A DNA stretch of 64,000 nucleotides from Octopus vulgaris. Its lineage: Eukaryota. The notes under the pieces are model-generated. The model did not search any database. It had not been told where the DNA came from and was given only the letters and a program-made list of their open reading frames with translations. Below, one piece after another: positions 27,013-41,600 of this stretch (its first letter is position 1; the number at the start of each line of letters is the position of its first letter). The stretch is from the NCBI GenBank assembly GCA_951406725.2, contig OX597815.1:173600001-173664000 (forward strand), given 5' to 3'. Position numbers and translations under genes: made by a program.

Positions 27013-29057
27013 TTGTACTCCAGAACTGCAATCCTCTGGAATCTATTCCCTCCTCTCTCTCATGTTTCTGGTTGACAGATCCACAGATGTTTACACTGAA
27101 TATCAACTGCATTCATCATGCCAATCTGGGAAGGCTTGTGAAGGTCATGGACACTGCATTCCCTCATCTGGTTAAATTTTTATATATACATATATAAATG
27201 AACAACTCCAAATTAACTTTTGAAGACACTGTTCTGTGAAACAAATTCTATAAATCACTTTTACATACAACTATATTTATAATCATCCACAACCCATCAT
27301 TAATGAATAACGACAGTACAAGGGGAGGGGGAATTTTAAATGATTAAATACTACTTGTTTCTCTTGTGCACACCCACACATTGCACTGTCCCAATCAAGT
27401 TTGTTGATATAAGCAACTGTTATCCCTGAGAAGGTTGTTTCATGTATCTCTCTGCTGATTATCATAGGGATTAATCTTCAAACTAATAATAGACAGGCAA
27501 GAAAGCAGCTCCTTGGTTATACAGTTTCTGTGGAAGGAGGTTTAGGAGGCTATAAATCAGCAGCCCTACATTAGGACTGCACCTCAAAACCATGGGTTAG
27601 GTAGAGGGAGATAGAAGCTAATTCCTATTTAGTACAGTTTTATGGTTGCAAGGGAGACATTAATAGTAAGTAACCACGAAATGCCAAGATAGGTTTGCTG
27701 TAGCATATAATCAGTTCTTGCACTAATTCTCATACACATTTCCACTAAGAGCTACTAATAAAATGATAATTTTTACTTGACTTCCCCACTACCAACTACA
27801 ACCCATCAAACAATAAACATAACTGTAACCTAGAAATCTTTCACGGTATCTCTTTTTAATGAATACCACTAAAAATAAAAGAAACTTATTATTTAGAAAT
27901 AGCATCACATGCATTCCTCAGCATGTTCTTTATAGCATCATATATCATTTTATGATCTGACATTAATCCAGAAATCAAGTACACACATGAACTAATAGAA
28001 ATTTTTCCACATACTCAGCAGAAATGAAATATCAAGGATATTCTTATGGTCTTAATTTTACTGTTTGATCAGCATTTTATTTTGTAGTTATCCTCTCTTT
28101 TCTGAGAGAATTTAATTGTAAGATGTTGACTTTCTACATGCCATTACAACTGAGAAATTTATAGGGAGTTATTTGAAAAAAATTTGGCTACTATTTCAGT
28201 TCAGGGACAGTTGGCCGACTATAAAACATTATCTTATTTGTATATGTATTGTTTTGATAGATAAACTAAACAATAATGAAGAAAAAATATATGATGTGAA
28301 AATTATCATTCTAGATCTAAGTGAAAATATGAATCTAAGATGAAGTATAAGAATCAATTATTTGTTACAGCAAACAAACTTTTCATAGGTATTGTATGCT
28401 ATATACCGACACTTCACTTTCTTTTAGTAAGTGTAACATCAGACAAAATTGATAGTATAACACTATTCTTATTATGCCTTCCATTAGATCAGAACAAACA
28501 CAAAGCATTCAAACTATGATTACTCTAAACCAACAAAACAGACAGTACAGACAGTGTCCCCTCCTTACTCTTTGAATATTGCACTGAAGAATTAACTCTT
28601 ATAATATTATTACAGGAGAAAGAAGACTGGTAGGATCACTGAAGTAGATGACTTTACCAAAAGTGAAAATGAGTTTATTAGGTGAATTAACAAGTGCTTG
28701 GTCAAGCTTAAAATCTTTTTTTATCTGATATCTTTCTTGTAACAACAATATTCTATATGCATGCAGAGTGTACATCATGATGGTGTGGCTGGATACACAT
28801 ATTCATGTGCTGTACTTCATTGCTTAATGCAGTCTACCTATGATCAACAACATTGTTTACGATGAAGTATTCTGAGTAATTGGCAACTTTGTTTCATAAT
28901 CAAAATATTTTACATAATTAGTGGACTAAGTATATTTCTAGAAGTAAGGAGCATTTAAGGGAGAAAAAATATCTATATTCTTCATGTATCACTTTTTTTT
29001 TTTTTTTGATAAATAATGATTTGCCACTTATACTAGAGGGTGACCTTCAGTTTAGAA

Positions 29058-29203
29058 TAGGCATGGGCAACCCTTTTTGACACACGGGCTGCATGACACA
29101 TTGATCACCATCAGGAGGGGCACACTACTAAAAATAATCAAGGTAATTTTTCATTAGGTACACAACTGAGAAAGTTCAGCGGGCCACAGTTTATCCATGA
29201 CTA
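29058..29203. mobile_element. hAT (Charlie-like) MITE
   Basis: TIRs TAGGCATGGGCAACC / GTTTATCCATGACTA; 8-bp TSD GTTTAGAA / GTTTTGAA. Confidence 0.75.
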
Positions 29204-30126
29204 GTTTTGAACATCACTTTTGTTGTTAGCATCATTTTGTTTGGCAACCAACAACTCAATCTTTTTTTCCTGCTTGGAATGACATCCTAAACTTAAGGAC
29301 TGCCAAAATTAGTAATGCTAAAACAATGGTGTCATTCGTAATAATTACTTTTGATACATTAGTATCATCATCATCTCCATCTAAATGATTAACTTGCATT
29401 ATTTAACTTTATATATGAAACCTCTCACACTCAATTCAAGCAACAATGAACAACAAATAACTGTAGATGATCTGATGCCATCACAGCCTCCCAATCAACA
29501 AAATTCTTAATTGCAACCCCAAATACCACCAATGACAAACAAGTTGTATATTTATCTCTCTCTAGCCCCCCTCCCCCTGTGTGTGTGTATATATATATAT
29601 GAGTGCACAGACATACACACATGTGTGTGTGCACACTTGTACGTTTATAACAAAAACAAAACAGAACAACTACATAAAATAATTCATGAGAGAAACTGCT
29701 GAATGACATAAGTGAAAGTGATGTTTTTAAATCAACAGCCAAATTAGTGTGCTTACTTTGATTTAAAAAAATTTGTTTCAAATTGCAGAAAATATATTAG
29801 CCATCTAAATTTCCTTGTGGTGTACATATGACTTGCTCCTACTCATTTATATTATGTAACTTTTGCTCTCTTTTTTCACCTACTTTCTAAAACCATATTA
29901 AAGGTGTAGTAAGAGAAGAAAAAAGAAATATCAGAAAGTGGAGGGAAGGGAGGACACACAAAGTAACCATATATTGTGCATTTAACAGGAAGATTGGTTT
30001 AACAGGATGGGGATGATGTTATTTTTCTAATAATGTTATATTTTTTAACTGATACATAAATATCCAACAACAAGAAAATGAAAAGCAAGCCTTGGAGCTG
30101 GCCCACTCATACCATACCATAAAAGT

Positions 30127-30405
30127 GTGAATGTGCAAAGAGTGAAATACGTGACAGTTTTAGCTGACTATGCTAATGACAGCAAAGTATCATTGTTGCT
30201 AATTTTCAAGAAAACTTGGCAAAGGAATGAACATCCAAATGGAATTCATGGAAATTTTTATGACAAGAAGTGGATTGATAATATAAATGTAAAGGTGTGG
30301 TTAGAAAAAACATGGTCAAAGCATTCTGGTAGCTTGCTACAGAAAAATCAATTGCTTTTGTGGCACAGAGGCCTGAAAAATCAACATTGTAGATTACTGA
30401 GATAA
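30127..30405 (+). pseudogene. pogo-family (POGK-like, DDE_1) transposase remnant
   Basis: VTVLADYANDSKVSLLLIFKK...KKWID...VKVWLEKTWSKHSGSLLQKNQLLLW, matching the pogo pattern TVVLACxADGxKLPPLLIFK...GWMD...WLEKVW...LLVWD. Confidence 0.8.
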
Positions 30406-31303
30406 CTTAGCCTTCTTATAAAAAAAAAAGATTTAATAAACATCATTAAACTACATAAAGAAAGATATATATATATATAAAACCATTTGATTAATTTCAT
30501 TTGCCAGTTATTTACATTACATTTATAATAATATATAATAATATTCCAGATATATGGTAACATCTGGTGGCATGCAATATAAACAGAATTTTTTTTCCCT
30601 TTAAATATAAAATTATTTACAAATGTTAACAAATGATTTATGTTAAGAAAATAAAATAAAACTTTTTGTGTAGGTATTTGGAAGGAATTATGTGAGGAAA
30701 TTTTCAGAGAATATTCGAATTTTGAATAGCAATACTGATAATGATACTACAAAGTGAGCGGCTAACCTGAGTGAAAAATATAGCCTGCAGGAAACAGTGG
30801 TTTCAACAGTGTCCATATGATGAGTTAAAATATTTTTCTTAAAGTTGTCTTTACATATTTACAGTAAGTCTTGCACAACATAGCATCTTGCAAAGCATAG
30901 TATATAGTAATAAAATAAAAGTGCAATATCAGATTCTAGATTATTACTTCACCTGAGAATATTATCAAGATAAGAGCATCTACATATAAAAAGAGCATCT
31001 ACATAAGTAACTCAGCCTATAAATAGAGTAGCAAAATTCCCTACAATTTTTTATATACAGCACACATTTTATGTCCTGAGATTCCAGATACCATGTACCA
31101 TGATAATCACTAGGAAGCTATAAGCAGAAAAGCTCAAATGTTGCATTTAATTTACAGAACTGATGATAAAAACACTGTCCTGCTCTCTATTCCTGATGTG
31201 CCTTTTCATTACATTCATGCATATTTCTAAATCATATACATAACATTGCATGCAATAATACAGTTAATTAAATTTATATTATTCACATTATGTAAAAGCA
31301 TAC

Positions 31304-31462
31304 CTTCAATTTCAAAGAAATTTCTTCCCATCTTTGGTTAAGGTGTGTCAATTCTGGCTCTACCATTTTCTTGTATTGATCACTCTTTGTTATTAAAGAA
31401 ATTGCAGAATCTCGTACGTCATCAACCTCAGAGCGTAAATGGTTTAACTCCATTTGAAGATT
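31304..31462 (-). CDS. DMD: Dystrophin internal coding exon (homologous to human DMD exon 37; second half of R13)
   Basis: Acceptor TTTCATCAG|, donor AAG|GTATGC, 159 nt, phase 0-0. NLQMELNHLRSEVDDVRDSAISLITKSDQYKKMVEPELTHLNQRWEEISLKLK aligns with recalled human RLKAELNDIRPKVDSTRDQAANLMANRGDHCRKLVEPQISELNHRFAAISHRIK. Confidence 0.93.
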
Positions 31463-32081
31463 CTGATGAAACAAAATAAGATTAAATGCATCATACAAAA
31501 AAATATTTATTTATAATCATCGCTCTTTCATAAACACACACACACTATATACAAATATGTTTGTGATATGTGTGTATATTTGAGTTAATAAGAAACAAGG
31601 GAAAATATGCAATACAAAAGTAGAGTATAATTATTTATTGAAGTGCTACTTTCGTTAATTTTTTCTTTTTTTGGCAGTAACAATTACAAACCACAGAGTA
31701 CTCTCAATCTGAGCACAATATTTATAAATTTTGTGTGTGTACATATGCACACACAATGATTAACTATACATGTAACAACAAAAGAATTAGACCTCAATAT
31801 CATTAGAATAGAGGAATATATCTAATATATTATCAGACAAGGAACAATTATATACAGCACTTGTGGCCAGCTGGAAAACTCCAAGTACTGCATGTGAGTG
31901 TTCCATGTTTGTATCATAATGTTAAAAGATTGAAATCAAAATATGATTAGTATTTAAAAAATGAGATATTTTCTTTGAAAAGAAGAGGGAGCTAATTTAT
32001 CGGGATATTGTCCAACAATAAGGTACATTATTTTGAGGCTGGTTGGAATTTAAATTCATACAAGAGGTACAGTATGAATAA

Positions 32082-32293
32082 TAATTTTTCTAACATAGGC
32101 ACAAGGAAGAAAATTTGGGTGCAGAGGTCAGTTGATTAAACCAGACCCAGCTCTTGATTGGTACTTTATTTTACGAAACCAGAGAGAATGGAAGCAAAGA
32201 TGACTTTGAAAGGATTTGAACTTAGAATACAATGAACAAAAAAAAAATGCAATTAGGCATTTTGTCTGAGACATTTCTGCTAATCAACTACCC
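32082..32293 (-). mobile_element. tRNA-derived SINE family B (other copies ~47680-47900 +, ~54985-55200 -, ~60600-60790 +)
   Basis: Colinear with 61237-61457 (ggcacaagg...ggtactt...gaaaggcaa...atttgaact). Confidence 0.75.
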
Positions 32294-35200
32294 ATAATTT
32301 ATTACAAGGAAAAGTTAATTAGTTATTCAAATTCAATCCATGCCAGCATAGAAAGCAGACATTAAATGATGATGAATAGAGACAATTTAAAGATTTATTA
32401 TGTATAAGATGATCCAGTGAAGACTTAACATATACAAACATTTTGTTAAAATGATATATAAGCTCAGATGATTGCTATTATGAAGACAGATGGTTGCTAT
32501 TATTTTTCATATACACAAGAGAGAAAATAAACTGCATGGTGTTTACCTCTCTTAGGTTATCTATGTCGATGAAGTGGAAAAAACATTATTATTAATGACA
32601 ATAATAACAACTGGGTTATACTAAGCACTTTAGAAGAATGAAGTCCAGAAACTAAGTAGTGAAGTTTATAAATGATACTAGAGACATCTGTATCAATAAG
32701 TGTTTATTCTATCTTAGAATATAAGTATCAAAAGTGTTAAATAAAATCCTCTCAACACAATTGCTATCCATAACTAAGGAACAGTCTTGCAACACTATGA
32801 CCCTTGCACTTAAGGAAAACAAAGATAAAATTCGAAAATTTGCTATAAACACCAAGCCTAACAAATTTTCATAATGGTTTTACATTCTGTAATATAGTTG
32901 ATACTTTAACCAAAAAAATTACACTTTCAGCTTCCTCTTTAAGGCCAAAGAATACTTTAGATTTGACAAGTTTCTCACCAACTGGAATGCTATAATAAGA
33001 CCTGTGTAGTGATCACACTAAGATAGTGCAGCTGCAGCACAAACATTCTAAATAACATCCAAAATAAAGCCTTCCAATTGATTAGCAAAGACTGGCTTAC
33101 AGACATACTGAAATTGCTAGCTTACTGACACACATCTTCCATTTACCATTTTTCTGATGCAGCAATAACTTCTTTTCTCATGAAATCACAAGCTGCATAT
33201 CATCTTTTTCTAAATCCACTTAAAGCACTCACTATCCTCCTCTCATAATTTAAGTTGTATTTCTCCAAGAACTTCAGTACTAAAATTTTTGTTTAAATTC
33301 TTTTATCTCCAGAACTTCAGACCTCTCAAATGGTTTTTTTTTTGGGGGGGGGGGTATGTTGCTCTTATAGGTAGAAACTGTACAATTGCAAGCTGAATAT
33401 CAACTGCATTGACTTTATCATAGAAGTGGTCTAAAAACATCATGAGTGCTACCCATTTTTAGATGTTCTTCCCATCCCTGAATTACCATCCTGTGTCAGA
33501 AATTTATAAATTAAGCAACCAAATTTATTATAAATTCCAATAAATTTTATTTGATTGCAATTTCAAACATATTATTTAAATATCTTTCTCTAAAATCTGT
33601 AAAGGGATAAAGAGGATTTGAAAAAGAGTAAGGTTATTTAAAACAATTTAAAAATTCTTTTATAAAAATTTTCACAAATAAATTGTACATTTATGTAATT
33701 TTTATATAAAATGGTGATGGTGGGAAACATAAGAACCATTAATATCAAACAACAATATAAACTGGGAAAAACATTTAAAAAATATTTTGAGAAACTATTT
33801 ATGAAAATTGCAAACAATCTAAAAACATATTGATATTTTTCAAAAGAAAAAAAGAAAAAAATACGAAAAAAAAAAAAACACTATACTTTTCTGAAATTCA
33901 ATTCAAATTGAATTTTCTTTAGAAATGTTAATCTTTTATTTGATACAAATTTTTTTTAATAAATTTCAGGAAAGAAGGAAAAAGAAAAAAAAAACTTTCT
34001 ACCACTCATGGATTTGTACTATGAGAGTAGGTACAAATTGAAGCAGATATTCAATATGCCTTTGGTCACATACAGAGCAAAGAAGTTCAACCATTCCAAG
34101 TCAGTACTCGAGATTTTGTTTTTGGATAAAATATCTTGTTGTTATTTTAAGATTGGTGTGCACTTTCAATAGATCCAGATTGTAAAAATGTGTTGTGTAG
34201 TCATATCGAAGAGGTCTCTTCTAAAATGCTTAAAATATTGATAGCCAGCTTACTCTCAAGTAGCCTACTATAGCAGTACTAATGAATTTCCCAATGCTCC
34301 TGCTGCAAACCCATAGGTATTAACAGGTAAATGGATTGAACTATTGCATGTTTAATGTCTCTGTTGAGGATGCAGTTCAGTATCAATAACATATAGAATT
34401 GACCATTGAACTGGTTCTGTGGTACATTGACAATGTTGTTACTTCAACTACATTTTTTTTCTTCTTTCTCTTTCTTTTCCTGTGCATCAGTGTTAAACTG
34501 CCAAATTAAGATTTTCAAAACCTAGCAATCATTGTTACAGATATGATTAAACTCACACGACAGAGTGGAAGTTTCAAAAGGCAGGCATATGATTTGTATC
34601 AAATTAACTATGAATTTGATATTGTCTTCACAAGAAAAGAAGATACATCTCACATGTTACACTTCTACCTTTATCATTCTAAAAACCTTTAATACAAGAT
34701 GCTTACTTTATTCTGGTTTCTATCTCGCAGTAATTATTATTGTTTTTGGCTTAGTTGTTCTAAGCTTTTAAAACCACTCTAACTATTCTATTAAAAGTAG
34801 TCAAATCACAATTCTATGTTCCATAAATGCTAACCTTTTTATATATTTATTACCATTTTAGTTGCTTGCTTCAATATGAATTTATGTGACTTTCCCTTGT
34901 AACATTTTCAATCTTAAATATTTCTTTGAGATTTGATAACATTATCTCACATTATCTCACACATGAAATTTTCAATACATATACAAAGAATTACAGGCTA
35001 GACTGAATCAATAATTAGGGGATAAAGTATGATTTATATTAATAAACCATTAATTTAATGAATATTTTCTTCATGTGTTAAGCTTCTAAGTTAAATAGCA
35101 ACACAACTTCTTAAAAGATTTTTTAAAAGCAACCGAAAAGAAAATTTTATGGAAATGTTCTTCATTTTCTCTTCACTGATATAGATTAGTGTGTAATACA

Positions 35201-38200
35201 GAAACTACTTATAGCTTAATTGTATCAAATAGATTAGGAAGCTAGCAAATCTCTAAGATAACTGTCTCAAGAAGTAAAGTATTTAAAAACATCAATGTAC
35301 TACTTTTTGAAGGCTGAAGTGTTAGTTTGTCAGATTCTCTTGAATAAATATTGTGTAGAATATCAGCCAGATGACTTACATCAGTTATAATTTTATTTTA
35401 AAAGGTAAAAAAAAAAAAAAGATCAGTATTTGTTACAGCATGTTCTCAATAATGGTAGTATTATACACTTTTTAAGAACAAACTATTAGTAATATTTTTA
35501 ATATAGTTATAAAATTACTTATTAGATAATTCTGGTGAACCTGCTTCAATGTGTGAGTGTGCATGGAAGAATAAGATTGTTAGTAACAGAATTTAATGTT
35601 ATACTGAAGACTATAAGAAATATTATCTAGTAAGATGGATCCAATGAAAATTTACACTTTAAAATTATTTCCTTGCACATTTAAACATTAAAAAAAAAAT
35701 TACTTTATACAGGTATCTGTGATTTATTTTATTAGAATATGCTACTGCAGGTTCATTTAATTTTTTTGCCGATTTTTTTAAACCAACAGGAATCAATTTA
35801 GATCATAAAATGTATTTAAAAAATGTAAATTCAGGCATGACTTAAAGCTTAATTGCAGCATGTTCTTAAAACTAAGCAAAAGTGTTTAGTGCTAAGTTAA
35901 GTTGTAAGGGGGAGAGAGAGAGAGAGAGGAAGAGAGAGAGAGTGAGAGAGAGATTTCTTGCTCTTGATATCATCAACTATATAAACAACAAAAAACAAAC
36001 TATCCCCTCTGTGAGGCTATATGCTGGCTTTCTTAAAATACTGAAACACCATTTATTGTGTTGAGCATGAGACAAAGAAAATTTATGTATAAATGGGATG
36101 ATCATTTTGAAGAATTTATTTTTTATGTGACATTTATAAACAGATTTGTAATGTTGAACTTTGGTGTTTAGATTTCAATTAGCTTGCTTTTATGTTCTTT
36201 GAGATTTAATCAGTAATCTGACATTATTCATATATTCAGTGACAAAAGTTTCATATTGTACAATTAACCATTGTTAACATTATCATTAAAAAAATGGGAT
36301 GGTTTAGTAAAGTACTTAGAGCTCTACCAATTTAAACAGTAGGGAAGGCAAATTTTAATCAATAAAAAAGTTTTTTTATATATATATATTTTAAAGCGAA
36401 TTCAAGCTTCGAAAATATCAAAGATTGCTTCTCCTTATTCAATGAGTTAAATCCTTTGTAAATTATCTTAAAGATTTTTTTTAAATAGCTGATTTAAGAG
36501 TATATAAATAATAAAGGACAATACATCATTAAATTTGTTGGTCAGGGGAGAGTCATATTGCCTCAATATATTTAACACACTCACCAGTTCACTTCTCAAC
36601 TAACTTGTATTTGCTCACACTTTCTTTATACCAACTCTCCTAAAACCATATTCTAAAATATTTATATCTGAATTAAAATTGTCCATCACAATTTTATGTA
36701 AGAATCTCTTCAGCTATATTCTAAACACTAGCTTCATAATAAAAACATTTATCTTATTCTTGCTTATTAAAAAGAATTAATTGAAATGCATGTACTGTAT
36801 TTTATAAGAAATATGGTCATTCAGTATTGTAAAGTATTTAATTTCAAATACACAATGAAATTAAAATCACATTTAGTGACCAAAAGACAAATTACCATCT
36901 TATCATTTTGAGTACTCATAGATGTAGAAAGAGAAGACCTCTCAGCAATCTCAGAGTATTAGAAATAGAAAAACTACAGAAATGACAATATTGATAAGTT
37001 GAACAATGTAAATTCTACCAACATCTTTTAAGGTTTTTTAACATTTTTGTTACAGTAACAAAAGCTGACTTCCCCCTCTTCACATAATTTGGCTGCTGAA
37101 CAAAATGTAGGTCGATTACTAGAGAAATTTGATAGTAATCAACTTGCATTTCAGAGACAAATAGATCTTTAACAAAGTCTGAAAAAAGAAAAACTCCCTA
37201 TGTTTGCATGAGAAATCAACTTTTGATTTCTTTAAACTTTTCTACCTTACACACACACATACACTAACAGACATGTAACACATGCACTTGGTAACAAGCG
37301 CATGATAAGTGTAATGTAGGATATCCTGTCATATACTAATAATCATATTCAGCCTGAACAGAACCAAGATTCAAAGGAGTATCTAAACTAGTGTTGAACA
37401 GTGCAGTGACATCTTAATAATGTAGTACTAGTTGATGAGATGAAAAGTACTGATCCTTCTATGTGCATGCAAACAGACTATTAACACAAGCAGCAATGCA
37501 TGTGTATATTTGTGTGAATATATATGAAAATGGGTCACTGAGACAGTACTTCTTCCACTTTATATCACTGTTCAATGATGAATTAGGCATGAAGAACAAA
37601 TGAAGTGTGATGATTGAAATGGAAAATCACAATTGGTTCCTGAACTTGTTTCACTTTTATATATGTGCCTGCTAGAGCACAACAATATGACTGGAATAGA
37701 GTCTGGTGCATTGTTTCACAATTAAAGTGAAAACAAATACATGGAGTGAGAAAACAAATAAACAAACATAAACAAAAAACAGATTTTGCTTCATACCATG
37801 AAAAGAGTTGTTGTTTCTTCCTCTAAACAATTTTAAATTAACAAAGTTGATGGACAACTGAGAAATCTATGATTTTAACCAACTGAATGATAGAGAGTCA
37901 TGCACACACAATTCTAGTAAGCTTGATTAACAAAGCTTCTGCATGGTCTAAGATTAATTACATACTCACACAGCTTCGGTTATTGCCTTGTCTTAGATGA
38001 AAAGAAAAACTAAGGAAGGTTTTCAACTTATAGCTTTGGGTCAGGGAACTGGCACCTTTATAGTCAAGAAACATTGCCTTCAAGTTAATAGATGAGAGTG
38101 TTTGGAAAGACAATAGAGTAGCTGACAATGAATAGTTTCTTGGTTATCAAACTATATCTATATTCTACTACATTACTTTTATTGATGCTATATGTGCTTG

Positions 38201-38612
38201 TTTTTATCTTCAACATATGTTTATTGCAATAGATTAACAAGCTTATATTTACAAGCATTTAGTATGTATAATGTATACCAAGCCCAAACTGGAACATCTT
38301 GGAAAAAGTTAACTATTGTATTTATTTTATACTGATAATTTATTGTAAAAAAACCTTTAATTTCACCTTTTAATTTTGCATCCATATGTATAAAAAGTCC
38401 TTCTTTCTACATCATTGTTACAAATTATAAATTTCTTATAAATCAAACTGCTTCCAAATGCATCATATATATTACATTTAACAAACGTATATCTACACAT
38501 AATACACTTTTCATACATTGCAATTTGTAATTATGCACATGTTTACATGTTATTTACATCAGTGTGCATACAAAGAAGCATGTTATTATCACAGTCCCCA
38601 TCCCAGGTGTTC

Positions 38613-38615
<3 letters not shown>

Positions 38616-38665
<50 letters not shown>
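38616..38665. repeat. (TA)n microsatellite
   Basis: Directly visible. Confidence 0.98.
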
Positions 38666-38670
<5 letters not shown>

Positions 38671-41600
38671 TGTATTCAGTAAATCAAATACATCAACATA
38701 AATAACAATTGTTTTGTTTAAACAAAAATTATCTGAAGCAGGTATGATTTTATTTTTAATTATATATTTATATTTTCATTGCTATAAAAGAAATATAGAA
38801 TGTTTGTATGAAATTCAAAATCCTGCTTTTGAAAACAATATCAAAAGCAAACTAAGAAACTAATTTCCATAGCAGAATAAATCAACACCAATACAAAGCC
38901 TGGAAAATATGTTGTATTTGAGCTGAGAACTGTCAGCACAAAACTTAATACTACTACTACTCTTACTTTTGTATCACTCTATCTGCTGTTTCAGTAAAAG
39001 TTTATCACTCTAAACAAGTACTAATTAATATCATCTCTTCTTAACAATGCATATTCAGGTTAACTTTTTAACCGACATATCAAAAATTACCTATTTATAT
39101 CAATTGAAAGAACCTCCTCATTACTTTTACAAGAAAGGTTTACTGTTCAGACAATAACTGAGAAATAACTAGTGTGTGTGACTACAACAATTTTACATGT
39201 GCATTACATGGAGGATAATAATGGATGATACCAATACAAACATTGTTTCACAAACTGAATCATAACTGTAACAAATCAGTTTTTACAAAACATCTTTAAA
39301 AAATACTTTACTTCGACAATGAAATTTAGAATAAAATAATGATCAGCTGTAACATTAAATTTTATAACTAGATCTGTAACAAGTTTCAAAGAGTAAAATC
39401 TGACAGCAAAAGGACAGAATCAGATCATATTAGTTTGAGATAGTTCAAAAGTTAACACATACTTGTAAACAGAATTTTAAACTAGCTATGTAACTGATCC
39501 TACATTTCAGATTTCACTTTCTGTAAAACCAATTAGTTATAGTTTAACTTTTGACAAGGAGATATGGAAATTAGAATTTTATGAAAAAGAGAAATAACTA
39601 ATTGACATATTATTGAAGGAAATAGAACACATAATTTTAATTTGTATCCCAACTTTGGTTGAAATAGGTATTCAAAACTTAATTAAAAATATCCTTGAAA
39701 AAGGTTAATTCTTCAGAAAAAAATTCAAATTATATGATTCAAATTATAAACATCAATTAAAAAACAAATGATTATTGTATTTTTTGCTGCAAGCATAACA
39801 ACATTAAAAAAAAATTGTAACAAGAATTTTTTTTTTTTCAAGTTACAAAAAGTTTAACTAATTTCTTTGTCTTATACATGTATGATTCATTTAGAACATT
39901 TAAACTTTCAAAATCATCTCAATATTATTACTTACTAATATCTGTCCAGTTTAAAAAGTTACATGACCAGTAAACAATCCAGGTAAAATGAACAAACAAA
40001 TTTCATTCCATTCCAATTCCATTCATAAGCAGTACTTATAATGTGACTGGTAAAGAAAGTTAGCTGAATTGTAGTCAAGATATATTCCATGTGATTCTTT
40101 AAACAGAATTTATTGTACATAATTTGGCACGAGTCAAGTGACAACCAATGAATTGAAGTCACTAATTCTTTACTATAGCTGATAGCTGCAACAACCTCTT
40201 TTGCTTACATCTCTGAACAATATATAAATACACTTAAAAGCAGCATAAAATAAACGAGAGAAAGAGAGTGTGAGAGAGGAGGAAAGAAAGAAATACAAGA
40301 GAGAGAAAGGAATGGAAGACGAGAAATACACAACAAAAAGAAAGAAAACTATAAATGTAAAATTATTTTTTAGTGTGTGTATTTTATATATATTAATATA
40401 TACTTTGCTTAAGGATTAGAATAAGCAAAGTATTGCAGTATCATGCATAGTAAAGTGAAGGTGCCATCAAACTGCAGTTCGACAGTGTGATGGCGATTGT
40501 TGTAGCAGTAAGCAGCCAGGAAATAGCCAATATCGAGTAACTCCAGCAGTCAGATGGATCAATAGATGTGAACACAATCAATCATGAATACAACCAAAGT
40601 TTTCAGCAGAGGTGCATGCATGTATGCACGCACCTGTTTGTGTATGTGTGTATGTGCCTGTGTGAATATGCATGCAGAATAATATTTGTTGAAATAAATT
40701 TTCTGTTCCATAATTAGTATCAAAATCTTTCTAAATACAAATTTTCGCTTTCTAAAGTTCAAACTCCCACCCAAACATGTGACTGTTAACCAATTCAGTC
40801 TACATAGTTTAATATAGTTTTAAAAGTTTGACAAAAAGGAGAAAAGATTTAAATAGTCAACACTGACTCAACAGCTGAAAGGAATTTGTTTATTAAATAA
40901 GATACTAGAAAATATATTTAAAAAAATTTTTCCTTAGAAGTAAAATATATTTTGCCGTATTGATAATAAAACCAAACACACTGATGGAATTCATTGTACT
41001 ATACATTGGTGATTCTTTAGAATTTGAAAAATATAATGAAGAGACTTTTTAATGATTAAAAAGATTTATTCCAAGCTCTTTAAAAAAAGCTTGATGAATT
41101 TGTCTTGAGTTTTACCTGCAGAGAGAGAGAGTGTTTTAATATAAATTAGTATGAATATTTTCTTTTTTTATATTTTATTAAGCTGCAATCATGGAAGAGT
41201 TGAACTCCAACCTTCCCATGTGAGGTTTACAACTGTTTTAAAAAGTGAAACACTAAGTAGCAAGATGTTATCATTGAAGCAAGTCCTATATTGTATAGCA
41301 AAGTGTATAGACAAGAATGCTTACAAAAATGGAAAATAAAGGGTACCAGCTATTTAGTGAGGTTGTAAGTTTACTCACACACAATAAAAAAATGTATATA
41401 TAAAATAGCAAATATATAAATTAGGTTAACCAAACTGCGAAAGTGAAATACCCAGTTTACTTTAGCATTAAGCAAGGAATTATAAGATATTCTCTCTTAA
41501 AGCTCACAATTTCCTTTTAGTTATTCCTGTTTTAATGCATTCTTACTCAATAGTCTTATTCTTTGAATGTAGCTTGCAACATACAACTATAAGTCTCATA

